Of a stretch of DNA of 64,000 nt, positions 62,179 through 64,000 are shown piece after piece. The notes beneath the pieces were generated by a model that worked only from the letters and a program-made list of their open reading frames with translations, ran no database searches and was not told where the DNA came from. The translations under genes were made by a program, and so were the position numbers. Position 1 is the first letter of the stretch, and the number at the start of each line of letters is the position of its first letter. The DNA comes from Anaerolineales bacterium (GTDB lineage Bacteria > Chloroflexota > Anaerolineae > Anaerolineales > Villigracilaceae), in the NCBI GenBank assembly GCA_035574015.1, contig DATLZK010000024.1, forward strand, positions 19,594 through 83,593. The letters run 5' to 3'.

Positions 62179-63516
62179 TTACACTGTAATCAACTCAGGT
62201 TGTTTCTGTACACGCGCTTGCATGGACCAGGGTCCCGTCCAGGTGATGATCACAGGGAGAATCTTGCCTCGCAGGTCCTCTTCTGATTCGACAAAGACAA
62301 GTTTATTTGTGGGTGTGCGTCCCTTCCAGCGGTTCTTCACCTTTTCTTCGAACAGCACTTCCACGGTCTGACCAAGATAGTTTTGATTGATTTCGGCAGA
62401 AATGCGCTCCTGCAACTCCTCCAACATGCGGAATCGGCGCATTTTCTCCTCATCGGGGACATTATCCACCATACGGCGCGCGGAAACGGTACCCTCTCGA
62501 GGCGAGTAGCGAGCCAAATGGGCAACATCCAGTTTGAGGTCCGCGAGGACGCGATAGGTATCCATGAATTGTTCTTCAGTTTCGCCGGGAAATCCAACGA
62601 TGATGTCTGTTGCGATGGAGCATCCCGGAATCTTTTTGCGGATTTTTTCGATGAGCGCTCGATAATCCTTTTGTGTGTAACCGCGCCTCATATTTGCCAG
62701 CACTTCATCGTTGCCAGCCTGAATGGGAACTTCGATGTGCGGCATGACCTTAGGAAGTTCGGCAACGGCATCCATCAAGTCTTCGGTGAAGTAGTTGGGG
62801 TGTGAGGTGAGGAAGCGAATGCGCTCAATGCCTTCAACCTCGTGCACGACGCGAAGCAAGCCTGCAAGATTGGGACCCTCTGGAATGTCTTTCCCATAGC
62901 GATCCACAATTTGACCCAGCAAGGTAACTTCCTTGACGCCCTGCGCAACGAGCGAACGAATCTCTGCGACAATGTCGCCAACGGGACGTGAGCGTTCGGG
63001 TCCGCGTCGGTATGGGATGATGCAGAACGTGCAGGCGTGCGAGCAGCCGTAGACCACCGGAACATGTGCGCTCACAAGTTGCCCGCGCTCATGCAGAGGG
63101 AGGAGGAGATCGCCGTCCATGTAGGCGAAGCGACGCGCTGTCTCGCTCGATTCGAGGGCGCGGATTTCGCCTTGTGTGAGGTAGGAGATCAGCGGTCCTG
63201 GATCGGAAGGTGGTGAGAACACATCCACATAGGGAAATTTTTCGCGCAGTTTGTCCGCGCCGCGCACGCCGACGAGGCATCCCATCAGATTGATGACAAG
63301 ATTGGGATTTCGCTTCTTGAGTGGAAGCAGGCTGGAGAGGCGTCCGAGTGCCTTGTCTTCCGCAGACTGCCTCACGACGCAGGTATTTAAAACAATAACG
63401 TCTGCTTCTTCGGCTTTATCGGTAAAGGTGTATCCAAGATGCTCAAGTGACGAGCCGACGCGCTGCGAGTCGGCAACATTCATTTGGCATCCTTCGGTCC
63501 AAATATGATACTTCAT
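62179..63516 (-). CDS. miaB: tRNA-2-methylthio-N6-dimethylallyladenosine synthase (methylthiotransferase)
   Basis: 'TEGCQMNVADS', 'VVYGCSHACTFCIIPYRRG' (CxxxCxxC) and a C-terminal TRAM domain. Confidence 0.9.
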   Translation of the reverse strand: MKYHIWTEGCQMNVADSQRVGSSLEHLGYTFTDKAEEADVIVLNTCVVRQSAEDKALGRLSSLLPLKKRNPNLVINLMGCLVGVRGADKLREKFPYVDVFSPPSDPGPLISYLTQGEIRALESSETARRFAYMDGDLLLPLHERGQLVSAHVPVVYGCSHACTFCIIPYRRGPERSRPVGDIVAEIRSLVAQGVKEVTLLGQIVDRYGKDIPEGPNLAGLLRVVHEVEGIERIRFLTSHPNYFTEDLMDAVAELPKVMPHIEVPIQAGNDEVLANMRRGYTQKDYRALIEKIRKKIPGCSIATDIIVGFPGETEEQFMDTYRVLADLKLDVAHLARYSPREGTVSARRMVDNVPDEEKMRRFRMLEELQERISAEINQNYLGQTVEVLFEEKVKNRWKGRTPTNKLVFVESEEDLRGKILPVIITWTGPWSMQARVQKQPELITV

Positions 63517-63610
63517 CCTGCTCCTAACCTTGTCTGTGAGATCATGTGGCTTAGGTTCAGGATTATACCGTAGGTATTTGGGATTGGTTTGAGCAACTTT
63601 GGGGTGACGG

Positions 63611-63970
63611 TCAGGGACAGGTGTCGTATTGTAGGACGTCGGTCTGATCTATGTAGCCCGGTGGCGGTGTCCCTCCAGCCGGTCCGGCAACCCAGAGGTT
63701 GGTATCGAGGTTGTGGTACATATTGTGGGCGGTGCCGGAAGGCTGCCCTGCGCAGAATTCATTCTGAGCATCATGCCAGTCCGCATAAGCAGCCGTATAT
63801 CCTCCTGTGCCACCTAGTGAGTTGTTGATCGAACTAAAAATGTTTCCGACGCCGGGTCCAAGCACGCTAACGACAGCAATCACCATGATGGCGACAAGAG
63901 AGAGGATGACCGCGTATTCAACCAATCCTTGTCCTGCCTTGTGGCTTGAGGAAGATAAGAATGGGATCAT
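63611..63970 (-). CDS. Flp/Fap-type (type IVb) prepilin with a long C-terminal extension
   Basis: 'KAGQG|LVEYAVILSLVAIMVIAVV' fits the Flp motif G/xxxxEY followed by a hydrophobic helix. The protein is 119 aa with two C-terminal Cys residues. Confidence 0.75.
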   Translation of the reverse strand: MIPFLSSSSHKAGQGLVEYAVILSLVAIMVIAVVSVLGPGVGNIFSSINNSLGGTGGYTAAYADWHDAQNEFCAGQPSGTAHNMYHNLDTNLWVAGPAGGTPPPGYIDQTDVLQYDTCP

Positions 63971-64000
63971 TTTGGAGGACTCCTGACTTATATTATACCC

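Overview
Dense chromosomal segment with about 44 protein-coding genes on both strands. I recognised no rRNA, tRNA, CRISPR array, transposase, integrase or phage gene. All calls rest on reading the ORF translations for motifs I remember; no database search was possible. Gene content suggests a Chloroflexota (Anaerolineae-like) genome, but that is inference only: a bacterial Elp3, lipoprotein-anchored HlyD, HtrA and Pcm, membrane-embedded spermidine-synthase-like proteins, and many short 'CTCTCCC-NNN-GGGAGAG' intergenic hairpin repeats. Layout from start to end: aspA (truncated at the window edge), arsC, a DUF2270-DUF2179 fusion and purB. Next is a surface-glycan cluster (GT4, a 1037-aa GT-C-like/Wzy_C fusion, GT4), transcribed divergently from an NTase-like / B12 radical-SAM / tandem-methyltransferase / nucleoside-phosphorylase operon. 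Then pcm, a spermidine-synthase-like membrane protein, an NCS2 nucleobase permease and an ExeM/NucH extracellular nuclease. Then a TetR gene followed by a MacAB-like ABC efflux operon with a lipoprotein adaptor; then GH4, an AAC(6')-like GNAT, an AT-rich ORF-free island, an ATP-grasp gene, proC, an ABC-F protein and a GNAT. Then a translationally coupled pair of unknown function (809 aa plus 343 aa) and a GAF-GGDEF cyclase. Then a divergent Trm9-like methyltransferase / Elp3 pair, a CbpA-like J-protein, HtrA and a sulfite-oxidase-like protein. Then an ECF sigma / anti-sigma pair, a 1339-aa SecA, add, acnA, the miaB-NUDIX-membrane sensor operon and a long Flp-type pilin. Most notable observations: (1) the back-to-back Elp3 / Trm9-like pair with apparently leaderless promoters; (2) the NTase-like / class-B rSAM / double-MTase / phosphorylase operon beside the glycan cluster; (3) two families of dispersed 110-150-bp intergenic repeats held in a fixed orientation upstream of genes; (4) a 495-bp ORF-free, purine-rich leader or sRNA candidate ending in an intrinsic terminator upstream of the nucleobase permease; (5) a SecA about 440 aa longer than the E. 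coli protein and lacking the C-terminal zinc finger.
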